Shown in pieces: positions 17,577 through 26,476 of a stretch of DNA of 62,989 bases. This stretch comes from Acidimicrobiales bacterium. GTDB taxonomy: Bacteria; Actinomycetota; Acidimicrobiia; Acidimicrobiales; Bog-793. The translations under genes were made by a program, and so were the position numbers. The stretch covers positions 1-62,989 of the forward strand of contig JBEKCO010000009.1 in assembly GCA_050014835.1 (NCBI GenBank). The letters are read 5' to 3'. The notes under the pieces were generated by a model. That model ran no database searches. It had not been told where the DNA came from and saw only the letters and a list, made by a program, of their open reading frames with translations. Positions within the stretch are counted from its first letter, which is position 1. Each line of letters starts with the position of its first letter.

Positions 17577-18212
17577 ATGGCATTGCAGCTGGGCGACACC
17601 GCCCCGAATTTCACCGCGGAATCGACCGAAGGGGAGATCACGCTCTATGACTACCTGGGCGACAGCTGGGGCGTCCTCTTCTCGCACCCGAAGGACTTCA
17701 CGCCGGTGTGCACAACCGAGCTCGGCGAGGTCGCGCGCTTGAAAGGCGAATTCGACAAGCGCAACACCAAGGTTCTCGGCGTCTCGGTCGACCCGGTCTC
17801 CTCGCACGAGGCCTGGGTCGCCGACATCAAGGACGCGACCGGGCAGTCGCTCAACTTCCCGTTGCTCGGCGACCCGGACCGCAAGGTCGCCGATCTCTAC
17901 GGGATGATCCACCCGAACGCCGACAACACGCTCACCGTCCGGTCGGTCTTCGTCATCGGCCCGGACAAGAAGGTGAAGCTGACGATCACCTACCCGGCGT
18001 CGACGGGTCGGAACTTCAACGAGATCCTGCGGGTCCTCGACTCGCTTCAACTGACGGCGAACTACTCCGTCGCGACGCCGGTGAACTGGAAAGACGGCGA
18101 GGACGTGATCATTGTTCCGGCGGTGTCCGACGAGGATGCCAAGGAGAAGTTCCCGAAGGGGTTCAAGACGGTCAAGAAGTACCTCCGCTACACCCCGCAA
18201 CCGAACCGCTGA
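17577..18212 (+). CDS. Peroxiredoxin (1-Cys/Prx6-like, AhpC/TSA family), copy 2
   Basis: WGVLFSHPKDFTPVCTTELG. ATG 17577 after GGAAGAGGA. 211 aa, colinear with copy 1. Confidence 0.9.
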   Translation: MALQLGDTAPNFTAESTEGEITLYDYLGDSWGVLFSHPKDFTPVCTTELGEVARLKGEFDKRNTKVLGVSVDPVSSHEAWVADIKDATGQSLNFPLLGDPDRKVADLYGMIHPNADNTLTVRSVFVIGPDKKVKLTITYPASTGRNFNEILRVLDSLQLTANYSVATPVNWKDGEDVIIVPAVSDEDAKEKFPKGFKTVKKYLRYTPQPNR

Positions 18213-18330
18213 GCGGAACCGCCCGACCGCTCGGGGCGCCGAGTCCCGCCTCCGGTCTCCGGAGGCGGGACGGTGCGCCCCTCATCTAGCCTCACGGGGC
18301 CTTCCGGCCCTGCTAGTACGATTCGGACCG

Positions 18331-19680
18331 ATGCCAGAGGCTGTCCTTTCGGCGTATCGGCGCGTCATGTTGTGGGCCCCGGTCGAAAAGGACGTCTTCC
18401 TCTACTCGTGCGCGACGATCTTCGCCGTCGCGAACGCCGTCTTCGCGATCTCCGCCGACTACCGCGAATGGGGCCAGATGGCCGTGGTGGCCTACGGGGT
18501 CGGAACCGTCGTCTGCGCCGCGGTGGCGGTCGCGGCGAGGCGCGGGGACCTGCGGGCGGCGACGGTGAGCCTCGTGCGGCGCCTCGTCGTCGTGGCACTC
18601 ATCATCGGCGCGGTCCTCGTGCCCCTCGTCGCCGAGCTCGTCTGGCGGGCCGACGCCCGTCCCGGGGCGAACGCGCAGTCCGAGGTCGCCGTCGTCGAGC
18701 GCGCCGGTGACCGGCTCGCTGCCGGCCACAATCCGTACCTCAGCCACCCGGTGACGGTCGGCGTCTCGCCGCGCTCGGACGCGAAGTCGATTGATGCCAA
18801 CTCGTTCTACCCGTACCTGCCGGGGATGGCGCCCTTCGGCCTCGCCAACGCCGCGGCGGGTCCGCCCGAGCTCACCGACGCCCGCGTGACGCTCGCCGGA
18901 TTCAGCCTGCTCGTCGGGGCGCTCGCCCTCGTCGCGGGGGGCGCGACGGTCGGGCGCCGCGGCCGGGTGCTCCAGTTCCTCGTCGTGCTGCCCTCCGGCG
19001 CGTTGCCGATGGTGACGGGCGGGGACGACCTGCCCGTCATCGTCCTCATGCTCGCGGGCCTCGTGCTCGTTGCGAAGCGACGACCGGTGCTCGCGGGCCT
19101 CGTGCTCGGGGCCGCGGCGACGCTCAAGTTCACTGCCTGGCCGGTGATCGTCTTGATGCTGCTCGCGATTCGAGACCGCGAGGGCCGCCCGGCCCTTCTG
19201 CGGTACTCGGGGGCGGTCTGCCTCATCGCCGTCCCCGTGGTCGGGATCGGCTTCGCGACGAATCCGGCGGCGTTCGTCTTGAACGTGATCAAGTTCCCGC
19301 TGGGGCTCACCTCGGTGAAGTCGCCGGCGGCGAGCCCGCTCCTCGGGCAGGTCCTCGTCACGACATTTCCCGACCACAAGCGGCTGATCATCGCCGTCCT
19401 CACCCTGGTGGGATTCGGCCTCGTCGCCTACGGCCTGCGGCGCTTCACGCCGCGCACCCCGGCGGCCGTCGTGCGCTTCACCGCGTGGGCGATGCTGCTC
19501 GCCACGCTCCTCGCCCCGGCGACGCGCTTCGGCTACCTCATGTACCCGGCGAACCTCTTCGTCTGGGCGTACCTGCTCGACGGCATGGTCCCCGCCCCGC
19601 CGCCGGCCCCGGCCGAGGCGCACCCGGTTCCGCTCGAGGCCGTCTTGGCGGGCGGCCCGGCGGCCGCCGTCCCCGGCTGA
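18331..19680 (+). CDS. Polytopic membrane protein, probable GT-C glycosyltransferase (GT87/DUF2029-like)
   Basis: More than 10 hydrophobic segments. An early loop and the overall architecture resemble actinobacterial polyprenol-dependent mannosyltransferases. ATG 18331. Confidence 0.55.
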   Translation: MPEAVLSAYRRVMLWAPVEKDVFLYSCATIFAVANAVFAISADYREWGQMAVVAYGVGTVVCAAVAVAARRGDLRAATVSLVRRLVVVALIIGAVLVPLVAELVWRADARPGANAQSEVAVVERAGDRLAAGHNPYLSHPVTVGVSPRSDAKSIDANSFYPYLPGMAPFGLANAAAGPPELTDARVTLAGFSLLVGALALVAGGATVGRRGRVLQFLVVLPSGALPMVTGGDDLPVIVLMLAGLVLVAKRRPVLAGLVLGAAATLKFTAWPVIVLMLLAIRDREGRPALLRYSGAVCLIAVPVVGIGFATNPAAFVLNVIKFPLGLTSVKSPAASPLLGQVLVTTFPDHKRLIIAVLTLVGFGLVAYGLRRFTPRTPAAVVRFTAWAMLLATLLAPATRFGYLMYPANLFVWAYLLDGMVPAPPPAPAEAHPVPLEAVLAGGPAAAVPG

Positions 19681-19765
19681 CCCGCCGGCCGGCGGGGGCG
19701 CGCGAAGGGCCAGCTCGGGACCGGGCGGTGCCGCCGTGACCAGGTCGGCGACGGTACCCTGTGTC

Positions 19766-22045
19766 ATGGACGCGGTGGGCCCGATCGACCGGGAGTACCT
19801 CACCACCCCGATGCTGCTCGTCGGGATCGACGAGCAGCCGGAACCGGTGAGCTCCATCGAGCCGCTGATCGCGACGCTCGCCTACCGCCATCCGGGGGCG
19901 GACACCGAGTTCGTGCGGCGCGGCTACGCGATGGCGGCGCGCGCCCACGAGGGACAGCACCGCCTCTCGGGCGAGCCGTACATCACGCACTCGATCGCCG
20001 TGGCGCAGATCGTCGCCGACTTGGGGCTCGACGCGACGAGTGCCGTGGCCGCGCTCCTCCACGACGTCGTCGAGGACACGTCCGTGACGGTCGCGGAGAT
20101 CGAGGCGGAGTTCGGCCCCGTCATCGCCGAGATCGTCGACGGGGTCACGAAGCTCGACCGGCTGAGGTTCTCCTCGCGCGAGGCCCAGCAGGCGGCGACG
20201 GTGCGCAAGATGCTCGTCGCCATGGCGAACGACTGGCGGGTGCTCGTCATCAAGCTCGCCGACCGGCTCCACAACATGCGGACGCTTTCGGTGATGCCCG
20301 ATTGGAAGCAACGCCGCATCGCCCAGCAGACCCTCGACATCTACGCGCCGCTCGCCCACCGCCTCGGCATCCAGGAGATCAAGTGGCAGCTCGAGGACCT
20401 CTCGTTCTTCACCCTCCACCCGAAGCGCTACGAGGAGATCGCCCAGATGGTGGCGACCCGGGCACCGAGCCGCGAGGCCGAAGTCGCCGAGGTCCTCGAA
20501 GCCCTGAGGGCCCGGCTCGAGTCGCTCGGCATCGAGGCGATCGTCACCGGCCGGCCGAAGCACCTCTGGAGCATCTACGAGAAGATGGTCGTGCGCGGCA
20601 AGGAGTTCGAGGAGATCAACGACCTCGTCGGGATCCGGATCATCGTCGACTCGGACAAGGACTGCTGGGAGGCCCTCGGCGTGGTGCACGCCCTGTGGCC
20701 GCCGGTCCAGGGCCGGTTCAAGGACTACATCAACTCGCCGAAGTTCAACCTCTACCAGTCGCTCCACACGACGGTCGTCGGTCCCCGTGGCAAGCCCCTC
20801 GAGGTGCAGATCCGGACGATGGCGATGCATCTGCGCGCCGAACATGGCATCGCCGCCCACTGGGGCTACAAGGAGGACGCCGCCCACCGCGGCGAGACGT
20901 CGTCGGCCGACGAGATGCAGTGGTTGCAGCGGATCGTCGACTGGGAACGCGAGACCCCCGATCCCATCGAGTTCCTCGAGACCCTGAAGCTCGACCTCGA
21001 ACAGGACGAGGTCTACGTGTTCACCCCGAAAGGCGAGATCGTGACGCTGCCGACAGGGGCGACGCCGATCGACTTCGCCTACACGATCCACACCGACGTC
21101 GGCCACCGCTGCGTCGGGGCGCGCGTCAACGAGAAGCTCGTCCCGATCGAGACGCGGCTGCAGCCGGGCGACACCGTGGAGATCATCACGTCGAAGCTCC
21201 CGACGGCGGGCCCCTCGAGCGACTGGCTAAAGATCGTCGTCTCCGCCAAGGCGCGCAACAAGATCCGCCAGTGGTTCAGCCGGGAACGCCGCGAGGACGC
21301 GATCGACAACGGCCGGGACGACCTGGCGAAGGAGCTCCGCCGGGAGGGCCTCCCGGTGCGACGGCTCTTCGGCTCGACGGCGCTCGAACGGCTCGCCGGG
21401 GCGCTCGGCTACGCCGATCTCGACGGGCTCTACGCCGCGATCGGCGAGAGCCACCTCTCGGCGCGTTCCGTCGTGCAGCGGCTACGGCGCGAGCTCCTCG
21501 GCGAGGGCGAGGAGCAACTGCCGACGACCGTGCTGCAGCCGCGCCGCGCCGGCGAGCCGGTCGCCGCGGGCGTCTTCGTCGAAGGCCTCGACGACATGCT
21601 CGTGCGCCTCTCGGCGTGCTGCACGCCGGTGCCGGGGGACCGCATCGTCGGGTTCGTCACCCGCGGCCGCGGCGTGTCGGTCCACCGCGCCGACTGCGTG
21701 AACGCCCTCTCGCTCGTCGGCGAGCACCGGGAGCGGCTCGTCGAGGTGGAGTGGGACGCCGCGCAGGTCGGTCTGCACACCGCGGGCATCGGCGTGAAGG
21801 CGCTCGACCGCTCCGAGTTGCTCGCCGACGTGGCGCGGGTGCTCGCCGAGCACCACGTCGGCATCGTCGCAGTTTCCGCCGAGACCGCACCGGATAGGGT
21901 GACGAGCATGCGATTTGAGTGCGAGCTCGCCGACAGCGCGCACCTCGACTCGGTCCTCGTCGCGTTGCGGGGGCTCGAGGGCGTCTACGACGCCTTCCGC
22001 CTGCTGCCGGGCAAGGGCAGGTCCTTGCGCGCCAGCAACTCGTGA
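19766..22045 (+). CDS. rel: Bifunctional (p)ppGpp synthetase/hydrolase (RelA/SpoT homologue)
   Basis: HD hydrolase (HDVVEDT), synthetase (YQSLHTTV), TGS and ACT regions. The stop overlaps the hisS GTG. Confidence 0.95.
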   Translation: MDAVGPIDREYLTTPMLLVGIDEQPEPVSSIEPLIATLAYRHPGADTEFVRRGYAMAARAHEGQHRLSGEPYITHSIAVAQIVADLGLDATSAVAALLHDVVEDTSVTVAEIEAEFGPVIAEIVDGVTKLDRLRFSSREAQQAATVRKMLVAMANDWRVLVIKLADRLHNMRTLSVMPDWKQRRIAQQTLDIYAPLAHRLGIQEIKWQLEDLSFFTLHPKRYEEIAQMVATRAPSREAEVAEVLEALRARLESLGIEAIVTGRPKHLWSIYEKMVVRGKEFEEINDLVGIRIIVDSDKDCWEALGVVHALWPPVQGRFKDYINSPKFNLYQSLHTTVVGPRGKPLEVQIRTMAMHLRAEHGIAAHWGYKEDAAHRGETSSADEMQWLQRIVDWERETPDPIEFLETLKLDLEQDEVYVFTPKGEIVTLPTGATPIDFAYTIHTDVGHRCVGARVNEKLVPIETRLQPGDTVEIITSKLPTAGPSSDWLKIVVSAKARNKIRQWFSRERREDAIDNGRDDLAKELRREGLPVRRLFGSTALERLAGALGYADLDGLYAAIGESHLSARSVVQRLRRELLGEGEEQLPTTVLQPRRAGEPVAAGVFVEGLDDMLVRLSACCTPVPGDRIVGFVTRGRGVSVHRADCVNALSLVGEHRERLVEVEWDAAQVGLHTAGIGVKALDRSELLADVARVLAEHHVGIVAVSAETAPDRVTSMRFECELADSAHLDSVLVALRGLEGVYDAFRLLPGKGRSLRASNS

Positions 22046-23304
22046 GCGCCTTCCAGGCGCCCAAGGGTACGAAGGACGTCCTCCCGCCGGAGAGCGCACG
22101 CTTCGCGGCCGTCGTCGCCCGGTTCGCGCGGGCTGCCGCCCTCGCCGGCTACGGGCTCCTCGTGTCGCCGATGTTCGAGGACGCGCAGGTCTTCCGCCGC
22201 GGTGCCGGTGAGGCGACCGACCTCGTGCGAAAAGAGATGTACGAGTTCACGGACAAGGGCGGCCGGCTGCTCGCGCTCCGGCCGGAGGGGACGGCCTCGG
22301 TCGTGCGCGCCTTCGTCGAGCACCACCCGAGTCTGCCCTGGAAGGTCTGGTACGCGACGCCGGCCTTCCGCTACGAGCGGCCGCAGGCTGGCCGCTACCG
22401 CCAGCACCACCAGGTCGGCGTGGAGGCAATCGGGAGCGCCGATCCCGACCTCGACGTCGAGGTGATCGTGCTCGGCCACGCCTTCCTTGCGTCGCTCGGG
22501 CTGACGGGCGTCGAGCTCCGGGTGAACTCGATGGGCGACGACGCCTGTCTGCCCGCGTATCGCGAGTCGCTGCGGGACTACCTCGCCGGCCACGAGTCGG
22601 AGATCTGTGACGAGCACGCCAAGCGCTGGGCGGTGAACCCGCTGCGCGTGCTCGACTGCAAGGACCCGGCCTGCGTGGAGGTCTCTGCCGTGGCCCCGGC
22701 GCTCGGCGACGCGTTGTGCGCGCCGTGCCGCGAGCACTTCGCCCGCGTGACCGAGGGCCTTTCCGCGGCGGGGATCCCGTGGACCCGGGACCAGCGGCTG
22801 GTCCGGGGTTTCGACTACTACACGCGGACGACCTTCGAGTTCGCCTCGGCGCGCCTCGACGCCGCGCAAGACGTCGTCTTGGGCGGTGGCCGCTACGACA
22901 AGCTCGTCGCCGCGCTCGGCGGGAAGGACACACCCGGGATCGGGTTCGGGTGCGGCATCGAGCGCGTCGTGCTCGCTGGCGAGCTCGACGGAGCTCTCGA
23001 CGGGGTCGGCGACCACATCGACGTCTTCGTCGTCGATGTGCTCGACGGGGCGGCGGCGCGGGACGTGTCGACGCGGCTGCGCGCAGCCGGGATCGCGACC
23101 GACCGGGCCTTTGACCACCGCTCGATGAAGTCCCAGCTCGGCCTGGCCGACCGCAGCGGGGCGCGGCTCGCCGCCATCGTCGGCGCCGCGGAGCGGGCGG
23201 CCGGGACCGTCACGCTGCGCGTACTGCGCGGCGCGGGCTCAGGCGAGCAGGAGTCGGTCGCGACCGGTGATCTCGAGGCGGCGGTCCGGAGGTGGATCTC
23301 GTGA
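22042..23304 (+). CDS. hisS: Histidine--tRNA ligase
   Basis: KGTKDVLP, LRPEGTASVVRA, FRYERPQAGRYRQHHQ. GTGA overlap with rel. Confidence 0.95.
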   Translation: MSAFQAPKGTKDVLPPESARFAAVVARFARAAALAGYGLLVSPMFEDAQVFRRGAGEATDLVRKEMYEFTDKGGRLLALRPEGTASVVRAFVEHHPSLPWKVWYATPAFRYERPQAGRYRQHHQVGVEAIGSADPDLDVEVIVLGHAFLASLGLTGVELRVNSMGDDACLPAYRESLRDYLAGHESEICDEHAKRWAVNPLRVLDCKDPACVEVSAVAPALGDALCAPCREHFARVTEGLSAAGIPWTRDQRLVRGFDYYTRTTFEFASARLDAAQDVVLGGGRYDKLVAALGGKDTPGIGFGCGIERVVLAGELDGALDGVGDHIDVFVVDVLDGAAARDVSTRLRAAGIATDRAFDHRSMKSQLGLADRSGARLAAIVGAAERAAGTVTLRVLRGAGSGEQESVATGDLEAAVRRWIS

Positions 23305-23336
23305 CAGGGGTCGAATACCCGGCGGCCGGGCTCGGC

Positions 23337-25091
23337 ATGCGCACGCATTACTGCGGGGCGCTGCGCGAGGCGGACATCGGGGCGGAGGTGGCGGTCTGCG
23401 GCTGGGTGGCCCGCCGACGCGAGCACGGCGAGCACCTCGCCTTCCTCGACGTGCGCGACCACACCGGCGTCATCCAGTGCGTCGTCGAGCGCGCCCACGC
23501 CATCCGGCCGGAGTACGTCGTGCGCGTGACGGGCACGGTTCGCCGGCGCCCCGAGGGCACCGCGAACCCGGCGCTTTCGACCGGCGACGTCGAGCTCGGC
23601 GACTGCACGGTCGAGACGCTGGCGACGTGCGAGCCGCTGCCGTTCTCCCTCGACGAGCGGGTCGAGACCGAGGAGCCGTTGCGGCTGCGCTACCGCTACA
23701 TCGACCTGCGGACCGACCGGATGCAGGCGAACCTGCGGCTGCGCGCGGTCGTGAACTCGGCGATCCGCCGTTCGATGGAACGCCAGGGCTTCGTCGAGAT
23801 CGAGACGCCGTTGCTCTGGACGCCGACGCCGGAGGGCGCCCGCGAGTTCGTCGTGCCGTCGCGGTTGCAGCACGGCCTTTTCTACGCCCTGCCCCAGAGC
23901 CCGCAGATCGCCAAGCAACTGTCGATGATCGGCGGCTTCGACCGCTACTACCAGATCGCCCGGTGCCTGCGCGACGAGGACCTCCGGGCCGACCGGCAGT
24001 TCGAGTTCACCCAGCTCGACGTGGAGGCGAGCTTCGTCGGCGAGGACGAGGTCCTCTCCTTCGTCACCGACGCGATGGTCGAGGCGGCCGAGGCGGCGAC
24101 GGGCGAACGCCCGGGGGGGTTCGCCCGGATGACGTGGGCCGAGGCGCTCGACCGCTACGGCACGGACAAGCCCGACGTGCGCTTCGGGATGGAGCTCGTC
24201 GACCTCACGGCGGTGCTCGCCGGCACCGGGTTCAAGGCGTTCCAGGCCCCCGCCGTGCGGGCGATCGTCGTGCCGGACGGCGCGGCGCTCGGCCGCGCCC
24301 GTCTCGACGAGCTCGTCGAGCGGGCGAGGTCGCTCGGCGCGAAGGGCCTCGTCTGGATGCGGGCCGTCGGCGACCCCGTCGCGCTCGACAGCCCGGTCGC
24401 AAAGTTCCTCTCCGCCGGCGAGCTCGAGGGCATCGCCAGGGCCGCGTCGCCCGCTGCGGGTGACCTCGTGCTCGTCGTCGCCGACGAGCGCCGTCGCGCC
24501 TGCGAGGTCCTCGGGCAGCTGCGGCTCGAGCTCGGACGCCCGGCGGCGGTCAGGGGCGCGCTGCGGTTCTGCTGGGTCGTCGACTTCCCGCTGTTCGACG
24601 GGGTGGACGAGGACGGCAACCCGCAGGCCGCCCACCACCCGTTCACGATGCCGTACCTCGAGGACCTCGACCGGATCGAGACCGACCCGTTCAGCGTGCG
24701 GGCCCACAGCTACGACCTCGTGCTGAACGGCTGGGAGCTCGGTTCCGGCTCGATCCGGATCCACCGCCCGGAGCTGCAGCGCCGGATCTTTTCGGCGCTC
24801 GGCATCTCGGCCGCCGAGGCGGAGTCGCGGTTCGGGTTCCTCCTCGACGCCTACCGCTACGGCGGCCCGCCGCACGCCGGCTTCGCCGTCGGGCTCGACC
24901 GGCTCGCGGCGATCTTCGCCGGCGAGGAGAACATCCGCGAGGTGATCGCCTTTCCGAAGACCCAGTCCGGCTCGGACCCGATGACCGGCGGGCCGTTACC
25001 CCTCTCGGACCGGCGCCTCGCCGAGATCGGCGTGCGCGTCGTCGCCGACCCGCCCGCCAAGCCGGCCCCGACCCCGACGGGGGCGAGCTAG
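23337..25091 (+). CDS. aspS: Aspartate--tRNA ligase
   Basis: MRTHYCGALR, FLDVRDHTG, QSPQIAKQL, CLRDEDLRADRQ, GGPPHAGFAVGLDRL. Confidence 0.95.
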   Translation: MRTHYCGALREADIGAEVAVCGWVARRREHGEHLAFLDVRDHTGVIQCVVERAHAIRPEYVVRVTGTVRRRPEGTANPALSTGDVELGDCTVETLATCEPLPFSLDERVETEEPLRLRYRYIDLRTDRMQANLRLRAVVNSAIRRSMERQGFVEIETPLLWTPTPEGAREFVVPSRLQHGLFYALPQSPQIAKQLSMIGGFDRYYQIARCLRDEDLRADRQFEFTQLDVEASFVGEDEVLSFVTDAMVEAAEAATGERPGGFARMTWAEALDRYGTDKPDVRFGMELVDLTAVLAGTGFKAFQAPAVRAIVVPDGAALGRARLDELVERARSLGAKGLVWMRAVGDPVALDSPVAKFLSAGELEGIARAASPAAGDLVLVVADERRRACEVLGQLRLELGRPAAVRGALRFCWVVDFPLFDGVDEDGNPQAAHHPFTMPYLEDLDRIETDPFSVRAHSYDLVLNGWELGSGSIRIHRPELQRRIFSALGISAAEAESRFGFLLDAYRYGGPPHAGFAVGLDRLAAIFAGEENIREVIAFPKTQSGSDPMTGGPLPLSDRRLAEIGVRVVADPPAKPAPTPTGAS

Positions 25092-25110
25092 GCGCGCGGG
25101 CGCGTCGGCG

Positions 25111-26472
25111 ATGGCGCAGCGACCGACCTCCGACCTGTTCGACGCCGCGGCCGCCGAGGAGTTGTCCCGGGTGGCGCCGCTCGCCACCCGGATGCGTCCG
25201 GCGACCCTCGAGGGCTTCGTCGGCCAGCACCACCTCGTCGGTCCGGGCGCGACCCTACGGGCGCTCATCGAGGCGGACCGGCTCTCCTCGGCGGTCTTCT
25301 TCGGACCGGCGGGCTCGGGCAAGACGACGCTCGCCCGGATCGTCGCGGCCTGCTCGGCGAAGGTCTTCGTGCAGCTCTCGGCGACCTCGGCCGGCGTGAA
25401 GGACATCCGCGAGACGCTCGAGGCGGCGCGGCGCGAGCTCGGGACGACGGGGCGGGGCACGATCCTTTTCCTCGACGAGATCCACCGCTTCTCGCGTTCC
25501 CAGCAGGACGCGCTCCTGCCGGGCGTCGAGGAGGGCGTCGTCGTCCTCATCGGAGCGACGACGGAGAACCCGTTCTTCTCGCTCACCTCGCCGCTGCTTT
25601 CGCGTTCGACGCTGTGGCGCTTCGACGCGATCGGCCGTGACGATCTCGCGGCGCTCGGGCACCGGGCGGCCGAGCTGGAGCGGGCGACGGTCGACGACGA
25701 CGCGCTCGGCGCCTGCTGCGACCTCGCCGACGGCGACGCCCGGGCGATGCTCACGACCCTCGAGATCGCCGTCGCCGTCGCCCGCGCCCGCGGCGAGGCG
25801 GACGTGGTGATCGGCCGGGACGACGTCGAGGCGGCGCGGACGACCCGGGCGCTTCGACACGGGCGCGACGCCCACTACGACCTCATCAGCGCGCTCATCA
25901 AGTCCGTGCGGGGCTCGGACCCCGACGCCGGGGTCTACTGGCTGGCCCGCCTGCTCGCCGGGGGCGAGGACCCGCGTTTCGTCGCCCGCCGGCTCGTCAT
26001 CCTGGCGAGCGAGGACGTCGGCATGGCCGACCCGCTCGGTCTCGTCGTGGCCGAGGCGGCCGCGGCGGCCCTCGACCGCGTCGGGCTGCCGGAGGCCGCC
26101 CTCAACCTCGCCGAGGCGGTCGTCTACCTCGCGACGGCGCCGAAGTCGAACCGGTCGGCGGCGGCCCTGTGGGCGGCGCAGTCCGACGTCGAGTCCGGGG
26201 CCCTCGGCGACGTGCCGGCCGCGCTCCGGGGATCGAACTACCCCGGGGCGGCCACGCTCGGGCACGGCGTCGGCTACGAGTATCCTCACGATGACCCGCG
26301 TGGCTGGGTCGAGGCCGACTACCTCCCGGCGGAGCTCGTCGGACGGCAGTATTACGAGCCGTCCGAGCACGGGGCCGAGGCCGGGGTCGCGAAGCGGCTG
26401 GCGGCCCTGCGCAGCCTCCGGCACGACGCCGCGTCCGGGCGAGCAGCACCGAAGGAGAACCGGGCACGGTGA
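25111..26472 (+). CDS. rarA: Replication-associated recombination protein A (AAA ATPase)
   Basis: Walker A GPAGSGKTT, Walker B LFLDEIHRF, MgsA C-terminal domain. Confidence 0.9.
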   Translation: MAQRPTSDLFDAAAAEELSRVAPLATRMRPATLEGFVGQHHLVGPGATLRALIEADRLSSAVFFGPAGSGKTTLARIVAACSAKVFVQLSATSAGVKDIRETLEAARRELGTTGRGTILFLDEIHRFSRSQQDALLPGVEEGVVVLIGATTENPFFSLTSPLLSRSTLWRFDAIGRDDLAALGHRAAELERATVDDDALGACCDLADGDARAMLTTLEIAVAVARARGEADVVIGRDDVEAARTTRALRHGRDAHYDLISALIKSVRGSDPDAGVYWLARLLAGGEDPRFVARRLVILASEDVGMADPLGLVVAEAAAAALDRVGLPEAALNLAEAVVYLATAPKSNRSAAALWAAQSDVESGALGDVPAALRGSNYPGAATLGHGVGYEYPHDDPRGWVEADYLPAELVGRQYYEPSEHGAEAGVAKRLAALRSLRHDAASGRAAPKENRAR

Positions 26473-26476
26473 GGAC

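Noticed and set aside
16796-18212. Peroxiredoxin pair as an assembly duplication
   Set aside because: The copies differ at about 31 % of residues and throughout the DNA, and their upstream regions are unrelated.
22893-24875. 660-aa minus-strand ORF
   Set aside because: Antisense to hisS and aspS, which carry unambiguous class II synthetase motifs.
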